From NCBI GenBank assembly GCA_963555825.3, contig CAUVXB020000002.1, positions 384,001 to 448,000 on the forward strand: DNA of 64,000 nucleotides, given 5' to 3'. Under the pieces are notes generated by a model. The model had not been told where the DNA came from. It was given only the letters and a program-made list of their open reading frames with translations, and made no database searches. The stretch comes from Alphaproteobacteria bacterium (GTDB lineage Bacteria > Pseudomonadota > Alphaproteobacteria > JAAXGF01). Each line of letters opens with the position of its first letter. The stretch's first letter is position 1. The translations under genes were made by a program, and so were the position numbers. Below, one piece after another: positions 51,511-63,700 of the stretch.

Positions 51511-53995
51511 CGGCACACCCGACGCCGAGACCAAATGTCACGTCATTGTCCATGGGCGTTTCAGCGGGCCAGAAGCATCACGAGATCGTAGTAGTCGATA
51601 TCGGTACTTCGATCGAAACCGATCGTCAGAATCCCATCCAGCGGATCAACTTCTTCAAGTGCATCTGCAAGCCCAAATATTGTTCTATTTCGTATGCGGG
51701 ACGTGATCGCTGACCCAACCAATTGACGAACTGAGTCATGCCTGTCCCCACCTGGGCCGTCGCGATCCATTTCGCTTCGACCTTGAACTCGGCCGCCCCA
51801 CCGTTGGTACATGCTTGCAAGGCATCGAGGTCGCGGTAGGTGATTGCAAACAATGGGGAGTCCATGGGGATAATCGGTTTGGGAATCGGGACACCTGGAA
51901 AGTACGGTCTGTTCGGATTCCAGTCGTAATCGTCCCACCATTTAAGGTGGACTTAGCCACCAATCGACGGCATCGGGGTGCCCTTCCAGACGACCAAATT
52001 GGGCGTCACTTCGATCGTGCTTCGATGACTGGCAAAGAACAGGTCGGACGGGCCGACAACCCTAACCGGCTCATTATGCTTCGCACTCGTCCCATTCGAT
52101 TCGATTGATGCGCACAGCTGACGATTGGTCAATTTGCCTGCAATCGGGACTGCGGTTGGTACAGCGGGCCTTATCCAGGGCTTGGGAAAATGCCATATAT
52201 GGGGTTCCCGGCATGCCGTTGGCAAGAATGGCGAACAAGTGACTAATAGGCAATTGTCCGTTCACAAAAGCCCATTCAAATATCGCGCCCCAGGTAATGT
52301 TCTAGACTTTCGATGCGGGCTTCGTGATCACGCGTTTTGATTGCATGGCTGACCCACTCTACCAAGCACGGAAGCAGATGAGACCGTTTTGTCCCGCCAC
52401 CTGGGCCGGGAAGCCATCCGATGACCGCTAACTTCGCCAGCGGCACGGACGCTTGATACGTTCTGATCTACCTTGACCCGCCGTTTAACAGCAACCGGCG
52501 ATGGCAAGGCGGCCGGCGTCCACGTTCCGGTATTAGATCCGAAAGTTGGTACGCCGGAGAAGCATGCTTGCAAGGCATCGAGGTCGCGGTAGGTGATTGC
52601 AAACAATGGGGAGTCCTTGTGGGGATAATGAGCGGTTTCAGCATCGACCAGCTATCCCGTTGGGAATGGGCCATACCATTGACGTATTCAGTCGGTGCCT
52701 GACCGGATTCCAGTTGTACGCCGCCGCGTAGAATCGTCCCACCATTTCGGTTTCAGCGAAGGTGGACTTAGCCACCAATCGACGGCATCGGGGTGCCCTT
52801 CCAGACGACCAAACCACGGGCGTCACTTCGACAGCTTCATCGACGAAACCGATTTCAAACTGGTCAGGCACGTAAATGGCAATAACCGCCGCGCATGCTT
52901 CGATGACTGGCAAAGAACACGGTCGGACGGGCCGACAACCCTAACCGGCTCATTATGCTTCGCACTCGTCCCAATTCGATTGATCTGACGATTGGTCAAT
53001 TTGCCTGCCAACTCGGCGAGAATGGCATTGACGAGTTCTCTCTCGACCGCCGTTCGGGCCTTATCCAGGGCTTGGGAAAATGGTAGTTCGATCGGAGCCA
53101 ATGGAGGTTCGCGGGGACTATTCCAGCCGCGCCAGACAGGTAATGTTCGAGCCATTCCGCGGCAACGCGGTAGTTCGCATGATTCGTGAGAACGGCAGAG
53201 CAATAATCCCCCACTGAAGCGGCCGGTCGATCCGGCTGCGGCGGACCAAAATGGGACCGCGTATAGCCTTCTGTCAGGGTTGCTCTGACTGGAAGGCGGG
53301 GGGGATGTATCGGGTGGAGTTGTACGCACGGGTTCGGCGGGCGTGTCATGTCGAGGGGATGAGCACCCGCGAGGCCTCGCGGGTGTTTGGTGTAGACCGC
53401 AAGACGGTCCGTAAGATGCTGTCGTTCTCGGTGCCGCCAGGGTATCGCCGAAGCGCGCCGCCGAGGCGGCCAAAGCTGGGTCCGTTCACGGGAATCATCG
53501 ATCGGATCTTGGAAGACGATCGGACCAGCCACCGCAAGCAACGGCACACTGCGAAGCGCATCTTCGACCGCCTCCGGGACGAGTACGGTTTCACGGGCGG
53601 CTACACCATCGTGAAGGACTACGTTCGTGAGCAGGGGCTTCGGTCGCGTGAGGTGTTCGTGCCACTCTCCCATTCCCCCGGTCACGCCCAGGCGGACTTC
53701 GGCGAAGCGATGGCGGTGATCGGCGGCGCGTTACGGAAGATCCACTTCCTTGCCTTCGACCTTCCCCACAGTGATGGTTGCTTTGTTGCGGCCTATCCGG
53801 CGGAGACGACCGAAGCATTCTGCGATGGCCACAACGCGGCGTTTGCCTTCTTCGGCGGCGTCCCCCGATCCATCCTGTACGACAACACCAAGCTGGCGGT
53901 TGCCCGGATCCTGGGCGATGGGAAGCGGCAGCGAACGCGCGTCTTCACGGAGCTTCAGTCCCACTATCTGTTCGAGGACAGGTTCGGCCGGCCGG

Positions 53996-56900
53996 GAGCT
54001 ATAGCTGAATCTTGACGGGGCGGTAAAAAGTTGTTGGCCGATGGCGTGCTTGTACAGGTCTTTGCGGTTCGGTGAAGAATATTTGCCTGTCTCCGCGTTG
54101 CTGGTGGATAAAACCTGATATTACCTATCCTTGGCTTCTCCTTGGCTTCGTTTTTTATGGTGCGATTGCCGCGCAGCGTCGGATATTGAGGCCGAGGGCA
54201 CGCAGATTGACCACGTAGCGCATGGCCGGCATGCCGCGAATGCGTAGGTGAGCCAGGTTCATCTGGTACTTTAATCGCGACATGGTCGCTTCTATGCCGG
54301 CCCGCCATCTGTAGACGTCGCGGAAGGCATCGCTTTGTTCATAAAGCCGGCGCTTTTGGTTGGCAGCCCTGGCCGGGGTATATTGAAAGCGGGAAAATTG
54401 GCCGTCACGCTTGGCCGCCTGCACGGGACATCGCAGTATATCGGGACATTTTTGGCAGATGGAAAGGTCGAAACGGGCCTGCAGCTTGGCTTTGGCGAGC
54501 GAGGCTGAAACCGGTTCGACGTTATTGGGACAGCGCAAGACCAAGCCTTCTTCGTTGAGAGTGAAATCCTCCAACGTCAACCGTCCCGAGACGGCGCCTT
54601 TCGGCGGTCGCGCGGGCGCCACGAGATTGATGTTCTGTTCGCGCGTCAGAGCCATGTTGTCACTGGAACCGTAATGTGAATCACCCAGCATCACCGCCGG
54701 CGTCAGCGCGCGCTCGCTCAGATCATCCAGCGCATCGGCCAAGCGATGGCCGTCATGCACCGTCATCTTGTGGACCTCCACGTGGGTGATGAGGTCCGGT
54801 GTCGCGGCAACCGCCTCGTTACTGACATCTTCACAATAGGTTTCGACGATCTGCGCCATGTATCCTTGACCCTTGTGCGCGTTGTAGCTCGCGTCCGGGT
54901 CGGCCGGATTGCCGACGGTATCGCACGGCACATCCTTTGGATCTCGAATCGCGGCGCGCGTTGCGTCACGATCGCCATACTCATCATCAACGATCTCGAA
55001 CTGATCGCGCAGAACCCTCTCCAGGATCGCAAAACTGAAAAGCTTTGCCGCCGCCGTGTCACGGAATTGCAGCACCAGGGCTAGGAGATACTGACCCGCT
55101 TCGCCGAGGCGCCGTTTTGAAACACTCGGCGCCGTATTCGCGAACGCGCCATTACCCTCGCGATCGACATAGCGGCGGATCACCTCCTTGCTGATCTGCT
55201 CGTGCAGACCGGGATGATATCGCTCAAGCTCACGGGCAAACTTCGAGATGCTCTCAACAACGATACCAAGTCGTGTCAGCGCCCGCATTGCCGAACGAAG
55301 GGCCGTCGAATCCATGCGTTGGTGGCTGGTATCGACAGAGAACCCCTGCACCAGCCGATCCGTCAAACACCGGAACAGCAATTCATCGAGACCTTGTTCG
55401 ATAAACAGACGGCGATAGTTGCGCAGGGTTTTCTCACAGAAATAGCTGTCCGCTTCGCTGCGCACGTCCAAGGCATAGTGCCACGCCATATTGAAGGCCA
55501 GGGCCTCGACGGTCTCTGCATCGCTCAGATCGTGCAGCTGCTGCAAAAGCAAGACCCCGATGACAACGTGTAGATCCTTCGATGGTCGGCCCATGCGTTC
55601 ATCAAGGTGACGGCAAAGATCGTCAACCGGAAGTTCGACAAGCAGATGGTTCCGAAAAACCCCGGCCCAGGATTGCTCCATCAGGCGCCGACGTTTGTCC
55701 CCGAAATCGGACCAGCGATCAAACAATTCCCCAGTCCGTCGGTCGCGTAAAGTAAACATGCACAATTATAATCCAGCCGACTCTCATGAGGAATCGACTT
55801 TTTACCGCCCCGTCGAATCTTGGTGATGGAGAATGAAGGCGGCGTATCCTGGCGTTGATGAAGACGCCAATTTTCCGAAGAAAGGGATACGCCATGAAAG
55901 ACGATACAGTTGTTGCGTTGCGCCAGCCAGAGTCATTTTCCGACGATCCGCTGACGGAGATATTGCGCGCCGGCGCCCGGCAGTTGCTTGGCCAGGCGAT
56001 TGAAGCGGAAGTTGCCGCCCATATTGAAGCCCATGCCGATTTGACCGACGCTTCGGGCCGGCGCCGTATTGTCCGTCACGGGCACATGCCGGAACGCGAG
56101 GTTCAGACCGGGATCGGAGCTGTGACGGTGAAGCGGCCAAGAGTGCGAGACCGAGATCCACAGGCCACGGGCGGGCGCATCCGTTTCACGTCATCGATCC
56201 TGCCGCCTTATCTCAGGCGCGCCAAGTCGGTCGAGGCGCTTCTGCCCTGGCTTTATCTGAAGGGCATCTCCAGCGGCGACTTTTCGGAGGCCCTGGCGGC
56301 GCTGCTGGGACCGGACGCGCCGGGCCTGACGGCCAGCACCATTGGCCGGCTGAAAGCGGTCTGGTGGGACGAATACGAAGCCTGGCAAAAGCGCGACCTT
56401 TCGGCTCGGCGCTACGTCTATTTTTGGGCCGACGGGGTCTACTTCTCGCCTCGCATGGACCATGACAAACAGTGTGTTCTGGTGATCATCGGCGCCGACG
56501 CCATGGGCAACAAGGACATCGTCGGCATGGTCGACGGTTATCGAGAGAGCGCGCAAAGCTGGAAGGAACTGCTGCTTGATCTCAAGCGCCGGGGCTTGGA
56601 GACCGGCCCCGAGTTGGCCGTCGGCGACGGCGCCTTGGGCTTCTGGAAGGCGCTACGCGAGGTTTACGGAGAGACCAGGGTGCAGCGTTGCTGGGTCCAC
56701 AAGACCGCCAACGTGCTCAACCAGATGCCCAAATCCCTGCAGGCCAAAGCCAAGGGCCATCTGCACGACATCTGGATGGCCGAGACTAGGGCCGACGCCG
56801 AAGCCGCCTTCGACTTCTTCATCGCAGCCTACGGCGCAAAATACCACAAGGCCGCAGAGCGCCTGGTCAAGGACCGTGAACGCCTGCTGAGCTTCTACGA

Positions 56901-57181
56901 CTTCCCGGCCGAGCACTGGAAGCACATCCGCACCACCAACCCCATCGAAAGCACCTTCGCCACGGTGCGCCTGAGGACCGTGAAGACCAAGGGGTGCCTG
57001 AGCCGCAAGACGGCGCTCGCCATGGCCTTCAAACTGATCTTGAGTGCCAGGCGGAAATGGCGGAAGCTGGACGGATCAAATCAACTCGCCGAACTCGTCG
57101 AAGGAGTGCCGTTCAAGGACGGAATCAAGATAACCAAACACGCCGCCTGATAGCTCCGTCACCAACTTTCGGACATAGCTC
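53996..57181 (+). mobile_element. IS256 family element; transposase 55894-57150
   Basis: WADGVY, GDGALGFW, QRCWVHK, RTTNPIES; ends GAGCTAT.../...ATAGCTC; 9-bp TSD GCCGGCCGG at 53987 and 57182. Confidence 0.94.
54014..55814 (-). mobile_element. IS1182/IS5-like DDE element inside the IS256 left end; transposase 54155-55759
   Basis: 17-bp TIR GACGGGGCGGTAAAAAG; 7-bp TSD GAATCTT at 54007 and 55815; GRPS, DLSD, RMDST, DPDASY, YRWRAGIEATMSRLK. Confidence 0.88.
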
Positions 57182-57995
57182 GCCGGCCGGGCAAGGGCAA
57201 CGACAAGGGCAAGGTCGAGGGACTGGTCGGCTTCATCCGGCGGAACTTCCTGGTCCCCGTCCCGCGTGCCGAGAGCTTCGCGGCCCTCAACGATGCTCTC
57301 GCCGAACAGTGCCGCCGGCGCCAGGCGGCGCGGCTGCGGGGCCACAAGGAGACCATCGGCGAGCGTCTCGAGCGGGATCGTCAAGTTCTCTTGCCATTGC
57401 CGCCTGCTCCCTATGATGCCTGCGATAAGCGCCCTGGACGGGCGAGTTCGCTGTCGCTGGTGCGTTACCGCAGCAACGACTATTCCGTGCCCGTGGCCTA
57501 CGGCCACCGTGAGGTGCTCATCCGGGGCTACGTCGATGAGGTGGTGATCAGCTGCGGGGCCGAGGTGATCGCCCGGCACCGCCGGTCCTACGACAGCGAG
57601 GACCTGATCTTCGACCCGCTGCATTACCTGCCCTTGATCGAGCAGAAGATCGGCGCCCTCGACCAGGCCGCGCCATTGGCGGGCTGGGACCTGCCCGAGG
57701 CCTTCATCACTCTGCGGCGGCTCCTCGAAGCTCGTATGGGCAAGGCAGGCAAGCGCGAGTACGTCCAGGTGCTCCGTCTACTGGAGACCTTCCGGCTCGA
57801 GGAGGTCGAGGGTGCGGTCGGCGACGCCCTGCGGCTCGGCGCAATCGGCTTTGATGCGGTGAAGCACCTGGTACTGTGCCGCATCGAGCGGCGGCCGCCC
57901 AGGCTCAACCTCGACGTCTATCCGTATCTGCCGCGCGCCCGGGTCGCGATGACGTCCGCCAAGTCGTACATGAGCCTGCTGTCGGGGCTCGGCGC

Positions 57996-58760
57996 ATGAC
58001 CGACACACCGCAAGTGCTGCTCGCCCACCACCTCAAGACGCTGAAGCTGCCGACCTTCCTGCGCGAGTACGACAAGATCGCCCGGCAGTGCGCCTCGGAA
58101 GGCGTCGATCACGTCCGCTACCTGTTGAGACTCGCCGAGCTCGAGCTGATCGACCGCGAGCGCCGCATGGTCGAGCGGCGCATCAAGGCGGCGCGCTTCC
58201 CCGTGGTCAAGAGCCTCGACAGCTTCGACTTCAAGGTCATCCCCTCGCTCAACAAGGCGCTGGTCCTGGAGCTGGCCCGCTGCGAGTACATCGAGCGCCG
58301 CGAGAACCTCATCGCGCTCGGCAACAGTGGGACCGGCAAGACCCACATCGCCCTCGGTCTCGGCCTGGCGGCCTGCCAGAAGGGCCTCTCGGTCGGCTTC
58401 ATCACCGCCGCCGCGCTGGTCCACGAACTCATCGAGGCCCGCGATGACAAGCAGCTGCTGAGGTTCCAGAAGAAGCTCGCCACCTACAAGCTTCTGATCG
58501 TCGACGAACTCGGCTTCGTGCCGCTGTCGAAGACCGGCGCCGAGCTGTTGTTCGAGGTGTTCAGCCAACGCTACGAGCGGGGCTCGACCCTGGTCACTAC
58601 CAATCTGCCCTTCGACGAATGGACCGAGGTGTTCGGCTCCGAGCGCCTCACCGGCGCGCTCCTCGATCGCCTCACCCACCACGTCAACATCCTCGAGATG
58701 AACGGTGACAGCTACAGGCTCAACCAGAGCCGCAGGCGTCAAACCCCGACTGCTAACTGA
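57996..58760 (+). CDS. istB: IS21 helper AAA+ ATPase
   Basis: GNSGTGKTH Walker A, LLIVDELG, LLDRLTHH. Confidence 0.96.
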   Translation: MTDTPQVLLAHHLKTLKLPTFLREYDKIARQCASEGVDHVRYLLRLAELELIDRERRMVERRIKAARFPVVKSLDSFDFKVIPSLNKALVLELARCEYIERRENLIALGNSGTGKTHIALGLGLAACQKGLSVGFITAAALVHELIEARDDKQLLRFQKKLATYKLLIVDELGFVPLSKTGAELLFEVFSQRYERGSTLVTTNLPFDEWTEVFGSERLTGALLDRLTHHVNILEMNGDSYRLNQSRRRQTPTAN

Positions 58761-59004
58761 ACCGACCACCCAGCCCACGCTTGACCCCGTGGGCCCACAG
58801 GTCCCTCCCGCGCGCGCCGCCGCGTCAGCCTGTTGAGGGCACGCCGCGTCGCGCGCGGGGCCCTCCCGTGGACTACGGGGACAAGCCCGCAGCCGCCAAG
58901 CGGTCCCTTCTTACACCGCCGAGGTGGTCCCTTTTTGCTCCGCCATTGACAATTCGCCGCGACGATCTTTTCGGCCGTCTCCCTGACGTCGGCGAGGTAC
59001 TGAG

Positions 59005-60424
59005 TGTATCGCACCCGGTTCCTTGGACACAAGTTTGTCTCATGCGGCGGGCCTGAGTGACATCGCGGTGTGCCACGCCTGACGAGCTTGAGCGGGGCTC
59101 AGGTAGCCGTTCTTCTCCACGATCCACTGGGCATTGTACTGTTCGACGAACCCGCGGACGGCGTTCCGCAGCTCCGCGATGTTGCGGTAGATGCGGCCAT
59201 GGATGATCTGTTCCTTGAGCGTGCGATTGAACCTCTCGGCGACGCCGTTGGTCTGGGGCTGTTCGACGAAGGCGTAGGACGGCTGGATGCCCCAGAACTT
59301 GATCTGGTTGGTGAAGTGGTCCGACAGATACTGGGAGCCGTGATCCATCCGCAAGGCCAGCCCCCGCGCCGCACCGGCGGAGGTCGAGGCATACAGCCTC
59401 GCAAGCCCCATGGAGATCGGCTGAAGGGCGGCGAAGCGGTCGCCTCGCTTGCACACATGCCAGCCGACGCACTCGGCGTTCCAATGCTCGATGGCGGTGA
59501 ATATCCAGCCCCAGCCGTCGTCCACCGTGAACACCCGAACGCCGTCCGTGCCCCACATGAGGTTGGGGGCATGGGTGATGATCTCACCGACATGGGGATT
59601 TCCGCCACGGCGGCGGCAGCGATGGGGCGAGAGCAGGTTGTTCTCGCGCATCACCCGGAGCCCCCGCTTGCGGGAAACACGGATGCCACGACAGACCCGA
59701 AGCCGAGCCCAGACCTTGCGGTGTCCCTCGCCCTCCCAGGGGGATGCCTCCAGGTCGGCCTCGATGGCCACCAGCAGAGCCTCGTCCGAGATCGAGGGCT
59801 TCGGTCCCCGGCGCTTTGCTGGTGGGCGCTCAGCGGTGGCCTGCTGCCGGGATTTCATGGCGTAGAACGAGGAACGGGCAAAACCCCAGGCCGCACAGAC
59901 CCGCTGGAGGCCGTAGGCCAAACCCGTGCCGGGAGAGGTGGCGGCACTCATCGCCGCGACCTCCGCCGCCCCAAAGGGCCGGACGTCTCCGTCTTGGCCT
60001 CCAGCAGTTCCACCTGCATGATCAACTCCCCGATCCGCTTCATGGCGATGTCCAGTTCCGCCTTCACCGGATCGCCCTTGCGTTCCTTGAGCGAGGCATC
60101 GATCCCGGCGATCGCCTTCTCACGCCACTGCTCGAGCCGGAAAATCTCCACGCCCAACTGCCGCGACAAAAGTTCCACCGGCTCGCCACGCAAAAACCGC
60201 AGGGCAACCTCACGCTTGCGCGTCACCGTCCACCGCTGGCCAAGTCCCAGCGGGCCTGCCGGCGAAACCTGGCCCGGGGAAAACGTGGACGAGCCAAGCT
60301 CGCCCTCGTTTACCACAGGCCCATCAACAGCAACTTTGTTCTCAAAATTGTCGGTCATGTTCCGGTCCTCCTTGGACACTTCGATTAAGCCAATTCTGTG
60401 TCCAAGGAAATCGGGTCCGACTCA
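59005..60424 (-). mobile_element. IS3/IS481-like two-ORF element (orfA 59948-60358, rve integrase orfB 59040-59951)
   Basis: TIRs TGTATCGCACCCGGTTCCTTGGACACA / TGAGTCGGACCCGATTTCCTTGGACACA; WGTD, DHGSQY, NGVAERFNRTLKE; 14-bp direct repeat GGCGAGGTACTGAG at 58991 and 60425. Confidence 0.9.
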
Positions 60425-60792
60425 GGCGAGGTACTGAGGGTCACAACCGGACCCGAGGGGTGGATGATGAGTTGGCATTGTTCGTTCCTCTCAACAATCT
60501 CCGCAGTGGCGTCGCGCCACGTTGGATGTCGTGGATTCTCTAAATGCTGGAATTTTTCCTACCATCGGATGGGAATATGTCAAGAACATAAACGGAACTT
60601 ACAATTCATCCGTGCATCGAAGGCCGGGCGGTCGCGTGCCGCCTGGTGCCGATTACACCGTGGCGAAGCGACAAGCAGCGACTGGACGTGCCGCAGACGG
60701 CACGGGCCGCTGTAATCCACCCGGAAATGCGCTATATCAGGGATGGGCGCCGGCGCGGCGGCTGATGCCGCCGGCGCCCAGGAGGAACTTCG

Positions 60793-63700
60793 ATGGCGCT
60801 CGCGGCGGTCAGCCTCGACGACAAATACGCGCTCGACGAGGGGCGCATCTATCTCACCGGCACCCAGGCGCTGGTCCGGCTGCCGATGATGCAGCGCCAG
60901 CGCGACGTCGCCGCCGGGCTGAACACGGCATGCTTCATCTCGGGCTATCGCGGCTCGCCGCTCGGCGGCTTCGACCGCGAGCTGTGGAGCGCCAAGCGTT
61001 TCGTCGAGCGCAACCACATCCACTTCCAGCCCGGCGTCAACGAGGACCTCGCCGCGACCGCGGTGTGGGGCAGCCAGCAGGTCGGCCTGTTCCCGGGCGC
61101 CAAATACGACGGCGTCTTCGCCATGTGGTACGGCAAGGGGCCGGGCGTCGATCGCTCGGGCGACGCGCTCAAGCACGGCAACATGGCCGGCACGGCGCCG
61201 GCGGGTGGCGTGCTCGCGCTGGCCGGCGACGACCACGCCTGCAAGTCGTCGACCCTGCCGCACCAGTCGGAATACGCCTTCATGGACGCCCAGATCCCGG
61301 TGCTCAACCCGGCCGGCGTGCAGGAGTTCCTCGACCTCGGTCTCTACGGCTGGGCGATGTCGCGCTACGCCGGGACCTGGGTCGCCCTGAAAGCGGTCGC
61401 CGAGACGCTCGACAGCTCGGCCTCGGTCACGGTCGACCCCGCGAGGGTGACGATCGCGCTGCCCGACGATTTCGAGATGCCGCCGGGCGGCCTCAACATC
61501 CGCTGGCCCGACGCGCCGATGGACCAGGAATACCGGTTGCACCGCCACAAGGTCTATGCCGCGCTGGCGTTTGCCCGCGCCAACCGCCTCGACCGCACGG
61601 TGATCGACGCGCCGCGACCCCGGCTCGGCATCGTCACCACCGGCAAGTCGTACCTCGACGTGCGCCAGGCGCTCGACGATCTCGGCATCGACGATGCGCT
61701 CGCCGCCGAGATCGGCATCCGGCTCTACAAGGTCGCCATGCCGTGGCCGCTCGAGCCCGAGGGCGCGCGCGCCTTCGCCGAGGGGCTAGAGGAGATCCTC
61801 GTCGTCGAGGAGAAGCGCGCCTTGATCGAGAACCAACTCAAGGAGCAGCTCTACAACTGGGACCCGGCGGTCCGCCCGCGCGTCATCGGCAAGTTCGACG
61901 AGGCCGGCGAGTGGATCCTGCCCTCGGTCGACGAGCTGACGCCGGCGCGTGTCGCGCGCGCCATCGCCGCGCGCATCGGCCGTTTCTTCACCTCCGAGAC
62001 GATCGTCCAGCGGCTCGCCTTCCTCGAGGCCAAGGAGAAGGCGATGGCGGGGCGCGCCGCGCCGATCGAGCGCATGCCCTACTTCTGCTCGGGCTGCCCG
62101 CACAACACCTCGACCAAGGTGCCCGAGGGCAGCCGCGCGCTGGCCGGCATCGGCTGTCACTACATGGCGATGTGGATGGACCGCGAGACCGACACCTTCA
62201 CCCAGATGGGCGCCGAGGGCGTCACCTGGGTCGGCCAGGCGCCGTTCACCGACACGCCGCACGTCTTCCAGAACCTCGGCGACGGCACCTATTTCCACTC
62301 GGGCTTGCTGGCGATCCGCGCCGCGCTGGCGGCGAACGTCAACATCACCTACAAGCTGCTCTACAACGACGCCGTGGCGATGACCGGCGGCCAGCCGGTC
62401 GACGGCCAGCTCAGCGTGCCACAGATCACCCACCAACTCTACGGCGAGGGCGTGCGCCGCATCGCCGTGGTCTCGGACGAGCCCGAGAAATACCCGCGCG
62501 ACACCGATTTCGCCGACGGCGTGACGATCCACCACCGCGACGAGCTCGACCGCCTGCAGCGCGAGCTGCGCGAGCTGTCCGGTACCTCGGTGCTGATCTA
62601 CGACCAGACCTGCGCGACCGAGAAGCGGCGCCGCCGCAAGCGCGGCACGATGCCCGACCCGGCACGCCGCGTGGTCATCAACACGGCGGTCTGCGAGGGC
62701 TGCGGCGACTGCGGCATCGCCTCGAACTGCCTGTCGGTGATCCCGGTCGAGACCGAGTTCGGCCGCAAGCGCGTGATCGACCAGTCGTCGTGCAACAAGG
62801 ACTTCTCCTGCCTCAACGGCTTCTGCCCGAGCTTCGTCACCGTCGAGGGTGGGTCCTTGCGCAGGCCGCAAGCCCGCGTGCGCGACGTCGTCGCCGAACT
62901 GCCAGAGCCCGACCTGCCGGCGCTCGAGACGCCCTACGGCATCCTGATCACCGGCGTCGGCGGCACCGGCGTGGTGACGATCGGCGCGCTGATCGGCATG
63001 GCGGCACATCTCGAGGGCAAGGGCGTCACCGTGCTCGACATGGCCGGATTGGCGCAGAAATACGGCGCCGTGATCAGCCATTTGCGCATCGCCCGAAGGC
63101 CCGGGGACATCCACGCCGTGCGCATCGCCGCCGGCGGCGCGCGACTTCTTCTCGGCTGCGACCTGGTGGTCGCCGCCGGCTTCGATTCGCTCGCCAAGGG
63201 GACGCCGGGCGAGACCCACGTGGTGGTCAACGCCCACGAATCGCCGACCGGCGCGTTCACGCGCGATCCGGATCTCGAGTTTCCCGGCGCCGAGCTGCGC
63301 CGGCTGGTCGCCGACGTGGCGGGGTCCGGCAACGTCGAGTTCCTCGATGCGACGCGGCTCGCCACCGCGCTCTTGGGCGACTCGATCGCGACCAACCTGT
63401 TCCTCGTCGGCCTGGCCTACCAGAAGGGCCTGGTGCCGGTCTCGCACGAAGCGATCGAGCGCGCCATCGAGCTCAACGGCGTCGCCGTCGAGGCCAATCT
63501 GCGCGCGCTGCGCTGGGGCCGGCTGTGCGCCATCGACCGCGACGCGGTCGAGGCGGCGGCGGCCGAGGCGGCACCCGCGTCGGCCGAGGCACCAATGTCG
63601 GCGAGCCTCGACGAGATCGTCGCGCGCCGCACGGCCGACCTGACCGGCTACCAGAACGCGGCCTATGCCGGGCGCTATTCCGGTCTGGTCGAGCGCGTGC

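Larger units (their letters stand above)
53305..57999 (+). pseudogene. istA: IS21 transposase split by IS256
   Basis: AQADFGE, YDNTK; the halves rejoin as RFGRPGKGNDKGKVE. Confidence 0.92.
53187..58951 (+). mobile_element. IS21 family element (istA interrupted, istB intact)
   Basis: TIRs TGAGAACGGCAGAGCAATAA / TGTCAATGGCGGAGCAAAAA; 5-bp TSD ATTCG at 53182 and 58952. Confidence 0.92.
51626..60478 (-). pseudogene. Hypothetical (toxin-domain-like) gene split by an IS3/IS481-like element and an IS21 stack; 3' part duplicated and noisy
   Basis: GAGAGGA RBS and ATG 60478; excising both ISs reads MPTHHPPLGSGCDPQYLADVRETAEKIVAANHANYRVAAEWLEHYLSG in frame; 3' end uncertain. Confidence 0.65.

Noticed and set aside
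51800-53085. Diverged duplicate as a DGR-like template/variable pair
   Set aside because: Differences are mostly indels, not adenine-specific substitutions, and there is no reverse transcriptase; more likely a consensus artefact.
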